From the NCBI GenBank assembly GCA_963761305.1, contig CAVXGK010000001.1, positions 256,001-320,000 on the forward strand: a stretch of 64,000 nt of DNA, given 5' to 3'. Positions 10,644-20,584 of this stretch are shown piece by piece. Made by a program: the position numbers and the translations under genes. Numbering within the stretch: the stretch's first letter is position 1; every line of letters begins with the position of its first letter. The notes under the pieces are model-generated. The model was not told where the DNA came from, did no database searches, and worked only from the letters and a program-made list of their open reading frames with translations. Origin of the DNA: an uncultured Gemmatimonadaceae bacterium. GTDB lineage: Bacteria > Gemmatimonadota > Gemmatimonadetes > Gemmatimonadales > Gemmatimonadaceae.

Positions 10644-10741
10644 CTCCCGCCTCCACGGCAGTGAGACGCCCGGTCTCTCGCGCCTGTTCGAAGTCAGACC
10701 CTCCTCTCCGGGCTTAGTCGCTCCTTCCTTCCGCAGGTCAA

Positions 10742-11461
10742 ATGCAGCATCGCCGGACTGTTCTCACCCTCGGGCGCGTCGCGGGCACCATGGGCGCCGC
10801 GTTCGTAACGGTCGCCGCGCTCAATTGTGCCGCGTACTCGGCCAACGGCCGTGACGGCACGCTTGCCCCGCTCACGGCGTCGCGCCGCGGGGCCAACGAC
10901 TTCATCTCGTTGAACGCGGTCCTCTCGGCCGCACCCGGCACCTACATCGAACAAGTTCTCGCTGACCGCGACTCGACGATCGAGCGTTGGCCGGCCCACG
11001 TGGCACAGCCGCTCCGCGTCTGGATCGACTCGTCTTCTCTGTGCAGCGGAGAGCAGGCGTCGTTCCCGGCAGCCGTGCGCACCGCGTTCACTACGTGGGG
11101 AACGGCGGGCATCCCGCTCCGGTTCTCGTTTGTCCCGTCGAGCCGAGATGCGGACATTCGCGTGCACTGGATCGGGCATCTCGATCACAAGACCGGTTCC
11201 ACGACGTGGCGCACGGACCGCAACGGCTGGCTGACTGTGGGCGACATCACACTTGCCACGCACATCAGCGACGGCCAGGCGCTCGACACGCGCGGAATGC
11301 GCGCGATCGCCCTTCATGAAGTCGGCCACGCGCTGGGACTCAGCCACAGCTTGGATCCAAAAGACATCATGGCTCCGCTGATTCGTGTGGACGGCTTGAG
11401 CCTGTCCGACCGAAACACGATCAAGCTGTTATACTCCTTTCCAGCAGGTCCCATCCACTAA
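10742..11461 (+). CDS. Matrixin-family (M10) zinc metalloprotease
   Basis: HExxHxxGxxH 'HEVGHALGLSH' plus Met-turn 'DIMAP'; N-terminal hydrophobic segment. Confidence 0.9.
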   Translation: MQHRRTVLTLGRVAGTMGAAFVTVAALNCAAYSANGRDGTLAPLTASRRGANDFISLNAVLSAAPGTYIEQVLADRDSTIERWPAHVAQPLRVWIDSSSLCSGEQASFPAAVRTAFTTWGTAGIPLRFSFVPSSRDADIRVHWIGHLDHKTGSTTWRTDRNGWLTVGDITLATHISDGQALDTRGMRAIALHEVGHALGLSHSLDPKDIMAPLIRVDGLSLSDRNTIKLLYSFPAGPIH

Positions 11462-11496
11462 ATACTCCCCTCTGTTTCACCCCGGCCCCCGGTCCA

Positions 11497-12435
11497 ATGC
11501 GCAAATTCGGTCTGCTCATCCCGTTCGCCGCGGTCTCGATGTTGGCGGCATGTGATCCACAAGCAGGGAGCAAGCTCAAGGCCCTCGCCCACGCAGACTC
11601 GCTGCGCACCGATTCGCTGATCTCCATCAAGAACGATCTCTTGAACGAGGTCATGTCGTCGACACAATTCGTCAACGACCTCAATAGCGAAATCGCCAGG
11701 CTCAAAGCCAAACAAAACGTCGCTCTCGCCACCAAGCTGACGAGCGAATCCGACATGTCCGCGATCAAGGACGAGCGCGCGGCTGTCGTCAAGCGTATCC
11801 AGAACCTGGTCATGCGGCTCGATTCGAGCGAAGCGCGCGTCGGCAACCTCCGCAAGCGCGCCTCGACCCTCGCCACGCACGACTCGACGCTCGTCACCCA
11901 GATCGCCGAATACGAGAAGACGATCGCCGACCTGCGCCACACGGTCGATACGCAGCGCGCCGACTATGAGGCGACGATCGCCAAGCAGACCGCGCAGATC
12001 GCGACGCTGAACTCGAAGGTCGACACAGTCACCACCGAGAACACGCGCCTCATGGGCGAGGCCAAGACCTTGAGCGACACGGTCACGCAGCTCACGACGG
12101 CGGTGAACACGGCGTACTACGTCATCGGCACCAAGGACGACCTGATCAAGCAAGGCATCCTCGTCGAGGAAGGCCGCAAGCGCTTCTATCTCTTCGGCGG
12201 CCGGAGCGTATCAGAAGCGCGCGAGCTCGATCCGTCGAAGTTCACGCGCATCGACCGGGCAAAGGACAAGGTGATCAACTTCCCCGAGGGCGACTACGCG
12301 ATCTTCACGCGGCAGAACCCGGCCTACGCCTCGCCCTTCGCCTCGAAGGACGGCATGATGTCCGGCGGCCTGCGCATCGACCAGCCGGATCGCTTCTGGG
12401 AGTCGTCGAGGTTTCTCATCATTGTGAAGCTGTAG
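11497..12435 (+). CDS. Coiled-coil lipoprotein (resembles Cbp1-like adhesin family)
   Basis: Lipobox 'LAAC'; long heptad region; C-terminal 'NTAYYVIGTKDDL..GIL' and 'PDRFW' domain. Confidence 0.6.
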   Translation: MRKFGLLIPFAAVSMLAACDPQAGSKLKALAHADSLRTDSLISIKNDLLNEVMSSTQFVNDLNSEIARLKAKQNVALATKLTSESDMSAIKDERAAVVKRIQNLVMRLDSSEARVGNLRKRASTLATHDSTLVTQIAEYEKTIADLRHTVDTQRADYEATIAKQTAQIATLNSKVDTVTTENTRLMGEAKTLSDTVTQLTTAVNTAYYVIGTKDDLIKQGILVEEGRKRFYLFGGRSVSEARELDPSKFTRIDRAKDKVINFPEGDYAIFTRQNPAYASPFASKDGMMSGGLRIDQPDRFWESSRFLIIVKL

Positions 12436-12584
12436 ACCGGTGAACAGGTGAACGGGTGGACAGGTGGACGGCTAACAGCCTGATCACTTGACCGCGTAGC
12501 AACGAGGGGACCGCTTCGAGACTGGAAGCGGTCCCTTGTTGTTTCCCGTCCACCTGTCCACCCGTCCACCCGTCCACCCGTCCA
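12432..12584. repeat. Inverted arrays of 8-bp repeat (GGTGRACN / CCNGTCCA) flanking a terminator hairpin
   Basis: ccggtgaa-caggtgaa-cgggtgga-caggtgga (12437-12468) and five CC[CT]GTCCA units (12545-12584) in opposite orientation. Confidence 0.85.
12501..12544 (+). terminator. Intrinsic terminator
   Basis: GGGACCGCTTC / GAAGCGGTCCC 11-bp stem followed by TTGTTGTTT. Confidence 0.7.
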
Positions 12585-12591
12585 TCTCCTC

Positions 12592-15090
12592 GTGCCCCTC
12601 CCCATCGAGCCCATCCTTCCGGCGATTCGCGACGCGCTGGGTGAGCGTGGGTGCGTCGTCGTGCAGGCGCCGCCCGGAGCGGGAAAGACGACGATGGTGC
12701 CGCTCGCGTTGCTCGACGCTCCGTGGCGCGGCGATCAATCGATCGTGATGCTCGAGCCGCGCCGCGTGGCGACGCGTGCGGCGGCGTGGCGACTGGCCGA
12801 GTTGCGCGGCGAGAGCGTCGGTGAGACGATCGGCTACCGAATGCGCGGCGAGCGGCGCGTTGGCCGCGCGACGCGCGTCGAGGTCGTCACCGAAGGCGTG
12901 CTGACACGCCGACTGCAACGCGACCCGACGCTCGACGGCGTGGGCGTGCTGATCTTCGACGAGTTTCACGAACGCAGCCTCGACGCAGACCTGGCGCTCG
13001 CTCTCGCGCTGCGCACCAGGGCGCTCGTGCGCGACGATCTCCGCATCGTCGTCATGTCGGCCACGCTCGACGGCGAATCGGTCGCGCGGCTCCTCGGCGA
13101 TGCGCCGATCGTAACCAGCCACGGGCGCTCGTTCCCGATCGAGACGCGACACGTCGAGCCTCGGCGCAACGTGCGCATCGAGGCGGCGGTGACCAACGCG
13201 ATCGTGGACGCGCTCCGCCGCGACGAGGGCGACCTCCTCGTGTTTCTCCCCGGCGCGGGAGAAATCCGGCGCGTGGAGTCACTGCTCGCCCAGCGCGTGG
13301 AGCCCGGCGTCGTCGTCAGCCCGCTCTACGGAATGCTCGATCGCGACGGCCAGGATCGCGCGCTGTTTCCCGATCGCGGTGGACGCCGAAAGGTCGTGCT
13401 GTCCACGTCAATTGCCGAAACGAGTCTCACGATCGAAGGAATCACGATCGTCGTCGACAGCGGTCTCTCGCGCGCGCCGCGGTTTTCGCCCCGCACCGGG
13501 ATGACGCGCCTCGAGACGGTGCGCGTGTCGAAGTCCTCGGCCGATCAACGCCGCGGCCGAGCCGGACGCACCGCGCCGGGCGTGTGCTACCGGCTTTGGC
13601 CGGAACACGAGACGCTTCACCTGCTCGAGCAATCGCCGCCGGAGATTCTGCACGCCGACCTCGCGTCGGTCGCGCTCGACCTCGCCGCTGCCGGCGTCAC
13701 CGAACCGACCGAGCTCGCGTGGCTCGACGCGCCGCCCCCCGCCGCGTTCGCCCAGGCGCGCGAGCTGCTCGCCGAGCTCGACGCGCTCGACGCTTCGGGC
13801 GACGTCACGCCCCACGGCCGCGCGATGGGTGAGATCGCGGTCCATCCCCGACTCGCGCACATGATGTTGCGCGCCAGGGAAAACGGGGCCGCGCGCGACG
13901 CCTGCGACCTCGCCGCGCTGCTCTCCGAACGAGATGTGCTGCGCTCTCGCGACGGCGCGATCGACGCCGACGTGTCTCGCCGCATCGATGTCCTCCGCGG
14001 CGCCCGCGACGATTCCGCCGACGTCGATCGCGACGCGCTCGGCCGCGCCCGCGCCGAATCCGCTCGCCTTTTCGCGCATCTCGACGCTCTTTCCGTCAGT
14101 TCCCGTCCACCCGTCCACCCGTCCACCCGTCCACCCGCACTACTTGCCCTCGCCTATCCCGACCGCGTCGCGCGCCGCCGCCCGGGAACGCGCGCCCGGT
14201 TTGTTCTTCGCAACGGGCGTGGCGCGGAGCTGCGCGAAACCGATGGGCTTGCGTCGTCGCCGTTCATCGTGGCCGCGCAGCTCGACGATCGCAAACCGGA
14301 AGCGCAGGTCTATCTCGCCGCCGAAATCCACGAGGACGACGTGCGGCGATTGTTCGCCGATCAGATCGTGACCGGCGAGTCCGTCGAATTCGACGACGCA
14401 ACGAACGCCGTCGTGGCGCGGCGCGTCGAGCGACTCGGCGCGATCGTGCTGCGCGAGGCGACGATCGCCGATCCGTCGGAAGACGCGGTGCGCGTCGCGC
14501 TGCTCGACGCGATTCGGCGCCGCGGCGTCGCGTCGCTGCCGTGGACTGACGGCGTGACGCGCCTCAGGCAGCGCATCGCGTTCGTGTCCGCGCACGACGA
14601 CAGCTGGCCCGACGTGTCGGATGCCGCGCTCTCGGCGCGGCTCGACGAATGGCTCGCGCCCGCGCTCAGCGGCGTGCGACGACTGTCGGCGCTCGAGCGG
14701 GCGGATCTATCCGACGCACTCGCGTCGCTGCTTGACTGGCGCCAGCGCCGCGCCCTCGACGACCTCGCCCCGACGCACGTCGTCGTGCCGACGGGTTCAC
14801 GTATTCCGATCGACTACTCGGATCCGAACGCGCCGAGTGTCGCCGTCAGGCTGCAGGAAGTGTTCGGGTTGACCGAATCACCACGCCTGCTCGACGGGCG
14901 GGTCGCCGTGACCATGCAGCTCCTCTCGCCGGCGCACCGGCCCGTGCAGACGACGCGCGATCTCGCCGGGTTCTGGCGAACGAGCTACTTCGACGTGCGA
15001 AAGGAAATGCGCGGGAGGTACCCGAGGCACGAGTGGCCCGAAGATCCGATCGCCGCGGCGCCGACGAAGCGCGCCAAACCGAGACGATGA
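12592..15090 (+). CDS. hrpB: ATP-dependent helicase HrpB
   Basis: 'GAGKTT', 'DEFHER', 'MSAT', 'QRRGRAGR', 'LALAYPDR', C-terminal 'LLSPAHRPVQ...RGRYPRHEWP'. Confidence 0.95.
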   Translation: MPLPIEPILPAIRDALGERGCVVVQAPPGAGKTTMVPLALLDAPWRGDQSIVMLEPRRVATRAAAWRLAELRGESVGETIGYRMRGERRVGRATRVEVVTEGVLTRRLQRDPTLDGVGVLIFDEFHERSLDADLALALALRTRALVRDDLRIVVMSATLDGESVARLLGDAPIVTSHGRSFPIETRHVEPRRNVRIEAAVTNAIVDALRRDEGDLLVFLPGAGEIRRVESLLAQRVEPGVVVSPLYGMLDRDGQDRALFPDRGGRRKVVLSTSIAETSLTIEGITIVVDSGLSRAPRFSPRTGMTRLETVRVSKSSADQRRGRAGRTAPGVCYRLWPEHETLHLLEQSPPEILHADLASVALDLAAAGVTEPTELAWLDAPPPAAFAQARELLAELDALDASGDVTPHGRAMGEIAVHPRLAHMMLRARENGAARDACDLAALLSERDVLRSRDGAIDADVSRRIDVLRGARDDSADVDRDALGRARAESARLFAHLDALSVSSRPPVHPSTRPPALLALAYPDRVARRRPGTRARFVLRNGRGAELRETDGLASSPFIVAAQLDDRKPEAQVYLAAEIHEDDVRRLFADQIVTGESVEFDDATNAVVARRVERLGAIVLREATIADPSEDAVRVALLDAIRRRGVASLPWTDGVTRLRQRIAFVSAHDDSWPDVSDAALSARLDEWLAPALSGVRRLSALERADLSDALASLLDWRQRRALDDLAPTHVVVPTGSRIPIDYSDPNAPSVAVRLQEVFGLTESPRLLDGRVAVTMQLLSPAHRPVQTTRDLAGFWRTSYFDVRKEMRGRYPRHEWPEDPIAAAPTKRAKPRR
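14102..14137 (+). repeat. (CCCGTCCA)x4 tandem repeat inside hrpB
   Basis: Four perfect octamers plus CCCG, encoding 'SRPPVHPSTRPP'. Confidence 0.9.
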
Positions 15091-15109
15091 ACGCGAAACG
15101 CGAGCGGAA

Positions 15110-16597
15110 TCACCAGTAGGGATTGCTGCCGCGCTCCGTCATCCGCTTCGCGAACTCGAGATCTCTCACGCGATTGATCGTCAACGTGAACCCGGTGATC
15201 TCTCCGCGATCGCTGCGCACCACGCGCAACAACATCTGGTCGTTGTTGGTGAACAGGTCGGCCGAGAAGGTGACGAACCGCAAATCGGATTCGTGCGCCC
15301 GCCGAAGCAGCAGCAACCCGTCTCTCGCGACGAGCGACACGCCGAGGTCGAGCTCCGGGCTGTAGTAGTCGCCGGCCAGTTGCGCCAACTGGTCGTTTCG
15401 CTTGCGCGAGATCGTTGAGTCGCCGGCCGCGGGCGCCATGCCGACGCTGAACGGACCGGCCGCGAAGTCGAGGGCGCTCGTCGCCGTCACGCGGCGCTGC
15501 GGAATCAAACCGAGGTGCACCGACGCAACCTGGTCGGCGAGCGTAATCGGCGCGCTCGCGGTGTTGCAGAGCGTGATCACGCTCAGGTGCCGGTCGGGAA
15601 TGCGCAGCACTGAGCTGCGGTAGCCGCCGTACGCGCCGCGATGCGAGTACGTCGTGCTGCCGGCCATCTCGCCGAGGGTGAGCGCGAGCGCGTACGGAAT
15701 CGTCTGGCCGTTGTTCAGGCGGCCCGGTTCCTCGAGCTCGGCCACACCGGCCTTGCCGCCGACGCGGCCGCTCTCGAAGTTCGCGTCCCACTTCGCGAGA
15801 TCCTCGATCGTCGAGAACACGCCGCCGTCGCCGACGACGTCGAACTCCGGTTGGCTGATCCGATAGCTCGATCCACTCGGTTGGTATCCGATCGCCCGGT
15901 GAGGAATGATCTCGGTATGATCGTCTCTGAATTCAGTGCTGTTCATGCCGAGCGGCTTGAAGATGTGCTCGGCGGCGTAGTCGCGGAGCGACTCGCCCGA
16001 TGCGCGTTCGACGACGAGCCCGAGAAGCGCGTAGCCGGTGTTGCTGTAGAGGAACTCGTCGCCCGGCGTGAAGTTGAGATTCTTCTGTCGGCTCACGAGG
16101 TCGATGAACTGCCGCTCGGTGAGCGACCCGTCGCTCGGCCAACCGGAGAGAGCGAGGAGCGTGAAGTAGTCGCGCAGTCCGCTGGTGTGGTGGAGCAGTT
16201 GGCGCAGCGTGATCGGCGGGCCGAACGACGGCACCTGAGGCACCCAGCGGCGAATCCAGTCGTCGAGGGATAGACGCCCTTCCTGCGCCAGCAGCACGAT
16301 GCTCATCGCCGTGAACTGCTTCGACAACGACGAGATGTAGAAGCGGCTCGTCGGTGTGATCGGCGTGTCGTGCTCGAGGTCGGCCATGCCGTACCCCTTG
16401 GCGAACGCGAGCTGACCGTCGCGGACGACGCCCACCGCGCACCCCGGCGACGCCGTCGATCCGTACGGCGCGAAGATGGAGTCGACCCAACGGTTCGCCG
16501 AATCCAACGGAGTCAGACGCGCCTGCGCGCCGGCCGCTCCGGTCCCGAGACCGAGCGCGGCAATCAGTATGGCGATGGCGAGCCCAACCCGACGCAT
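15110..16597 (-). CDS. Secreted serine hydrolase (class C beta-lactamase/D-aminopeptidase-like)
   Basis: SxxK 'SLSK', 'LLHHTSG', YxN 'YSN', 'HRG'; signal peptide. Confidence 0.9.
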   Translation of the reverse strand: MRRVGLAIAILIAALGLGTGAAGAQARLTPLDSANRWVDSIFAPYGSTASPGCAVGVVRDGQLAFAKGYGMADLEHDTPITPTSRFYISSLSKQFTAMSIVLLAQEGRLSLDDWIRRWVPQVPSFGPPITLRQLLHHTSGLRDYFTLLALSGWPSDGSLTERQFIDLVSRQKNLNFTPGDEFLYSNTGYALLGLVVERASGESLRDYAAEHIFKPLGMNSTEFRDDHTEIIPHRAIGYQPSGSSYRISQPEFDVVGDGGVFSTIEDLAKWDANFESGRVGGKAGVAELEEPGRLNNGQTIPYALALTLGEMAGSTTYSHRGAYGGYRSSVLRIPDRHLSVITLCNTASAPITLADQVASVHLGLIPQRRVTATSALDFAAGPFSVGMAPAAGDSTISRKRNDQLAQLAGDYYSPELDLGVSLVARDGLLLLRRAHESDLRFVTFSADLFTNNDQMLLRVVRSDRGEITGFTLTINRVRDLEFAKRMTERGSNPYW

Positions 16598-16714
16598 CGA
16601 GGACTTCCCCCCTCTACCGGCGTTCTCGAATCCTTCCATGGTCCGCACGGGATGTCCAGCAAGAGACTGAAATCCTTGCAAGCCGTAACGGCCGGGCAAG
16701 TGCGACTTAGGGTG

Positions 16715-16757
16715 CCGGTGGACCGGTGGACCGGTAGACCGGTGGACCGGTAGACCG
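16715..16757. repeat. (CCGGT[GA]GA)x5 octamer tandem repeat
   Basis: Same octamer family as at 12437-12584, 14102 and 35272. Confidence 0.85.
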
Positions 16758-16772
16758 CGGCTCTCGGCTGCT

Positions 16773-16835
16773 GGCTCTCGCTCTTTGCTCGAGGCTCTCG
16801 CTCTTTGCTCGAGGCTCTGGCTATTTGCTCGAGGC
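16773..16835. repeat. 20-bp tandem repeat x3 (GGCTCTCGCTCTTTGCTCGA)
   Basis: Two identical copies and one with 2 mismatches; shares the GCTC-TTGCTCRA core with 52525-52641. Confidence 0.85.
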
Positions 16836-16879
16836 CGGGCTCGCTTCCACTTACGAGATCGCGGTGCCGTCGTGACGGC

Positions 16880-17998
16880 TCACCGTGAAAACAAATCGAG
16901 CGTCGTCGAATCAGACGAGCACGCCGCTCGCGCGGCCGCCCTGCCGAGCATCGCCCCGATCACGTTCCCCGTCCCTGAGTACGCCCCGATCGCCCACACG
17001 TCAGGCCGCACCTGCTCGGCGATCGGCAGGCCGCCGTCGGCGTACGAGACGCTCGCCGCCCACCGATGAGTCACGCGTGCATTCACGCCGAGCTTGTCGC
17101 GCAAAATTCGCTCGATCGCGTTCTGCACGACGTCGGTCGGTTCGGAGCTCGTCGTCCATTCGCTCTCGCCGCCAACGTCGCGACAACCGCCGAGCACGAG
17201 CCGGCGGTCCATGCGCTGCTGCCAGTAGTCGAGTCCCCAGCGCGTGTAGACGGGCCGGGTCCATCGCACGGCGTCGAGCGGTTCGGTGGCGAGAATCTGA
17301 AGTCGTGCGGTGCGCACTCGCGGCGCCAACTCGGGCAAGAGACGCTCGAGCTTTCCATCGACGGCGACGATGATGCGCGACGCGCGCACGTCGCCATTCG
17401 GCGTGCGCACGCAACCCGACTCGATCTCAGTCGCCGGCGTTCCGCCGAAGAGCTTCGCACCGCGCTCTGTCGCCGACGAAGCGAGCGCGCGACACCGAGC
17501 CGCGGGATCGAACGTCGCGTTGCGCGGTGAGAGCAGGCCGCGCCCTTCGGGACCGTCGTAGCGCTCGACGGGGAGTCCGTCCAACTGCATGGCGCGCAGC
17601 TGGCGCTCGCAGTCGGCCTCCTCTTCAGTAGAGGCAGCGATGCGTAGCGAACCGGTTCGTCGAACCGAGGCCGGCGTTTCGGCGGCGATTCGCTCCAGCT
17701 CGTCGAGCGTCGCGCGATAGATGACGGTCGCGCGCTCACGGCCGAAGCGCTCGACGGCGACGTGGTGGAACACCGACATGCCGCCCATGAGAAACCCGCC
17801 GTTCCGTCCCGCCGCGCCGGCGGCGATGCCGACGGCGTCGACTCCCACGACGCTCGTCCCGAGTCGCAACAACTCGCTGACACATGCGAGCCCGGCGCCG
17901 CCGAGTCCGATGACGCACACGTCGGCAGACACGTCGCCGTGGAGCACGGGGAGCGAGATCCCCGGCGCTTCGTCGCCCCAGATCGGAGTGTTGCGCAT
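16880..17998 (-). CDS. FAD-dependent oxidoreductase (DAO/PuuB-like)
   Basis: 'DVCVIGLGGAG', 'GAAGRNGGF', 'GAYSGTG'. Confidence 0.88.
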   Translation of the reverse strand: MRNTPIWGDEAPGISLPVLHGDVSADVCVIGLGGAGLACVSELLRLGTSVVGVDAVGIAAGAAGRNGGFLMGGMSVFHHVAVERFGRERATVIYRATLDELERIAAETPASVRRTGSLRIAASTEEEADCERQLRAMQLDGLPVERYDGPEGRGLLSPRNATFDPAARCRALASSATERGAKLFGGTPATEIESGCVRTPNGDVRASRIIVAVDGKLERLLPELAPRVRTARLQILATEPLDAVRWTRPVYTRWGLDYWQQRMDRRLVLGGCRDVGGESEWTTSSEPTDVVQNAIERILRDKLGVNARVTHRWAASVSYADGGLPIAEQVRPDVWAIGAYSGTGNVIGAMLGRAAARAACSSDSTTLDLFSR

Positions 17999-18110
17999 CG
18001 TCGAGGAATCTAGGCTCGACGGCGGATCGAAACGACACACCTGAAACCCGATCGAATCCGCTCCGTACTGCCGCGAGAGGCAGGTCGCGCTCACTCTCAC
18101 CGGGACCGAC

Positions 18111-20531
18111 ATGCAATCGCTGCTTCGCGACGTTCGCTACGGCCTTCGATCCCTATTGAAGGCGCCTGGTCTCACGGCCGTCGCGGTTCTCGCGCTGACG
18201 CTCGGGATCGGACTCACGACGACGATGTTCAGCATCGTGTACGGGGCGCTCCTCAAAGGGCTGCCCTTTCCCGACAGCGACCGCATCGTGGCCGTCTTCC
18301 GCTCCAATCCGTCGCGCAACATTCAGCAGTCGTCGATCTCCATCCTCGACTATTTCGACTACAGCGCGCAGCAGAAGTCCTTCGCCGAGCTGGCGGGGTT
18401 CACGTCGGGGACGATCTTCGTGAGCGGCGACGAGAAAGCCGAGCGATTCGACGGCTCGTGGATCACGGCGAACGCGCTGTCGATGCTCGGCGTGAAGCCC
18501 ATCCTCGGCCGGAACTTCACCCCGGGCGAGGACACGCCGCAGGGCGCCAAGGTCGCGATTCTATCATATACGATGTGGCACGACCGGTACGCGTCGGACG
18601 CGAACATCGTCGGCCGCGTGATCCGCGTGAACGGCGTGCCGACGGCGGTCGTCGGCGTGATGCCGGAGCGTTTCGAGTTTCCTCAGAACGACAAGATCTG
18701 GCTGCCGCTCCAGACGGATCCCAGCGCGACGAAGCGCGCCGACAGCCCGCAGATTCAAGTCGTGGGCAAGCTCAAGCCCGGCGCGTCATTCGACCAGGCG
18801 AACGTCGAGCTGGCGACGATCGCCAAGCGGCTGGCCGCCGCGTATCCCGACGCCGACGAAGGATTCACCACCAACGCGCGTCCCTTCGTCGACACGTACA
18901 TCGGCCCGCAGCCGCGGCAACTCCTGTTCACGATGCTCGGCGCTGTGTTCTTCGTGCTGCTCATCGCCTGCGCCAACGTCGCCAACCTGCTGCTCGATCG
19001 CGCGGCGCATCGCACCAAGGAAGTCGGCGTCCGCGTCGCGCTCGGCGCATCGCGCGGAGCCGTGGTGCGACAATTCCTGGCCGAGTCGCTGGTGTTGTCG
19101 CTGGCGGCGACGGTGCTCGGGATCGTGGTGGCGCATTTTGGGGTGGAGGCGTTCAACCGCGCGCTCGCGATCACACAGGTCCCGTTCTTCATCGACATTC
19201 GGCTGCATCCGCAGGTGCTGTTGTTCACGATCGCCGTCGCCGGCGTCACGACGCTCGTCGCCGGGGCGATCCCGGCGTATCAGTCGTCGCGCGCCGACAT
19301 CAACGAGATTCTCAAGGACGACTCGCGCGGCGCGTCGAGCTTCCGCATCGGCCGCATCACCAAGGGGCTCGTGATCTTCGAGATCGCCCTCTCGTGCGGG
19401 CTGCTCGTGGCGGCGGGCCTCATGATCAAGAGCGTCGCGAAGCTGCGCAATCTCGACCCGGGCTTCACGACGAAAGACGTGTTCACGGCGCGCATCGGCT
19501 TCCCCGTCGCGTACACGGACACGATCGCCCAATGGCGCTTCTTCGACGACGCGCTCCTCAAGGTGAGCGGGATTCCCGGCGTCGTGTCGGCGTCGGTCAG
19601 CTCGGGCATCCCCGCCACGCGCCAAGGGTTCGGCAGCAACACCTTCGGCGTCGAAGGCCAGAGCTATCTCAAGGACAAGGACTACCCGAACGCGCGCTGG
19701 CTCTCGGTGACGCCGGATTTCTTCACCACGCTCAAGACGCCGGTGGTGAACGGACGCGCGTTCACGCTCGGCGACCGTGCCGGCGAGCTGCCGGTGGCGA
19801 TCGTCAATCGCGAATTCGTCGCCAAATTCCTCGAGCACCAGAATCCGATCGGCAAGCGCATTCGGATTGGTGACTCGCGGAGCAAGCAGCCGTACCTCAC
19901 GATCGTCGGGGTCGTCGGCGACATGTTCTCGGGTGACAACGAGCACCCGATCGTGCCGGCGATCTTCCAGCCGTTCGCGCAGTCACGCGTCAACTTCGCG
20001 TGGATCTCGGCGCGCACCTCGGGTCCGCCGACGTCGATCACCGCGTCGGTGCGTCAGGCCGTGTCGTCGGTGAACGCCGACATCCCCCTCTACTGGGTGG
20101 ACTCGCTCGACAACCAGATCGCGCAGCAGACATGGTTCGTGCGCGTGTTCGGCACGATGTTCATGATCTTCGGCTTCGTCGCGCTGTTCCTGGCGTCGGT
20201 CGGGCTGTACGCGGTGATGTCGTTCTCGGTGAGCCGGCGCATCCGCGAAGTCGGGATTCGCATGGCGCTCGGCGCGCGCGCGGCCGACGTCGTCCGCATG
20301 ATCTTTGGCCAGGGGCTCGTCCAGCTCGGCGTCGGCATGACGCTCGGTCTGCTGCTGGCGGCCGGCATCGGTCAGACGCTCAAGATCATCCTCTTCCAGG
20401 TTCAGCCGCGCGATCCGACGATCTTCGTCGGCGTGGTGGTCGTCCTGACGCTGGTAGGTCTGGTCGCCTGCCTGGTTCCAGCGCGTCGAGCGACGCGGGT
20501 GGACCCGCTCGTGGCGCTGCGGGCCCAGTGA
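18111..20531 (+). CDS. ABC transporter permease (duplicated MacB-PCD/FtsX, ADOP type)
   Basis: 'DVRYGLRSL', 'LLIACANVANLL', 'RIREVGIRMALGA', 'PARRATRVDPLVALR'. Confidence 0.92.
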   Translation: MQSLLRDVRYGLRSLLKAPGLTAVAVLALTLGIGLTTTMFSIVYGALLKGLPFPDSDRIVAVFRSNPSRNIQQSSISILDYFDYSAQQKSFAELAGFTSGTIFVSGDEKAERFDGSWITANALSMLGVKPILGRNFTPGEDTPQGAKVAILSYTMWHDRYASDANIVGRVIRVNGVPTAVVGVMPERFEFPQNDKIWLPLQTDPSATKRADSPQIQVVGKLKPGASFDQANVELATIAKRLAAAYPDADEGFTTNARPFVDTYIGPQPRQLLFTMLGAVFFVLLIACANVANLLLDRAAHRTKEVGVRVALGASRGAVVRQFLAESLVLSLAATVLGIVVAHFGVEAFNRALAITQVPFFIDIRLHPQVLLFTIAVAGVTTLVAGAIPAYQSSRADINEILKDDSRGASSFRIGRITKGLVIFEIALSCGLLVAAGLMIKSVAKLRNLDPGFTTKDVFTARIGFPVAYTDTIAQWRFFDDALLKVSGIPGVVSASVSSGIPATRQGFGSNTFGVEGQSYLKDKDYPNARWLSVTPDFFTTLKTPVVNGRAFTLGDRAGELPVAIVNREFVAKFLEHQNPIGKRIRIGDSRSKQPYLTIVGVVGDMFSGDNEHPIVPAIFQPFAQSRVNFAWISARTSGPPTSITASVRQAVSSVNADIPLYWVDSLDNQIAQQTWFVRVFGTMFMIFGFVALFLASVGLYAVMSFSVSRRIREVGIRMALGARAADVVRMIFGQGLVQLGVGMTLGLLLAAGIGQTLKIILFQVQPRDPTIFVGVVVVLTLVGLVACLVPARRATRVDPLVALRAQ

Positions 20532-20548
20532 ACCCCGGTGAAGCGGCG

Positions 20549-20577
20549 TTGACGGTGCGTGTGACGGTATCTAGCTT
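20549..20577 (+). promoter_or_regulatory. Sigma70-type promoter
   Basis: TTGACG (20549-54), 17-bp spacer, TAGCTT (20572-77); predicted +1 at or next to the A of ATG 20585. Confidence 0.7.
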
Positions 20578-20584
20578 GCTTCCC

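Noticed and set aside
15110..16597. Antibiotic-resistance beta-lactamase call
   Set aside because: The motifs fit the broad serine hydrolase family; no evidence of true AmpC activity or a mobile context.
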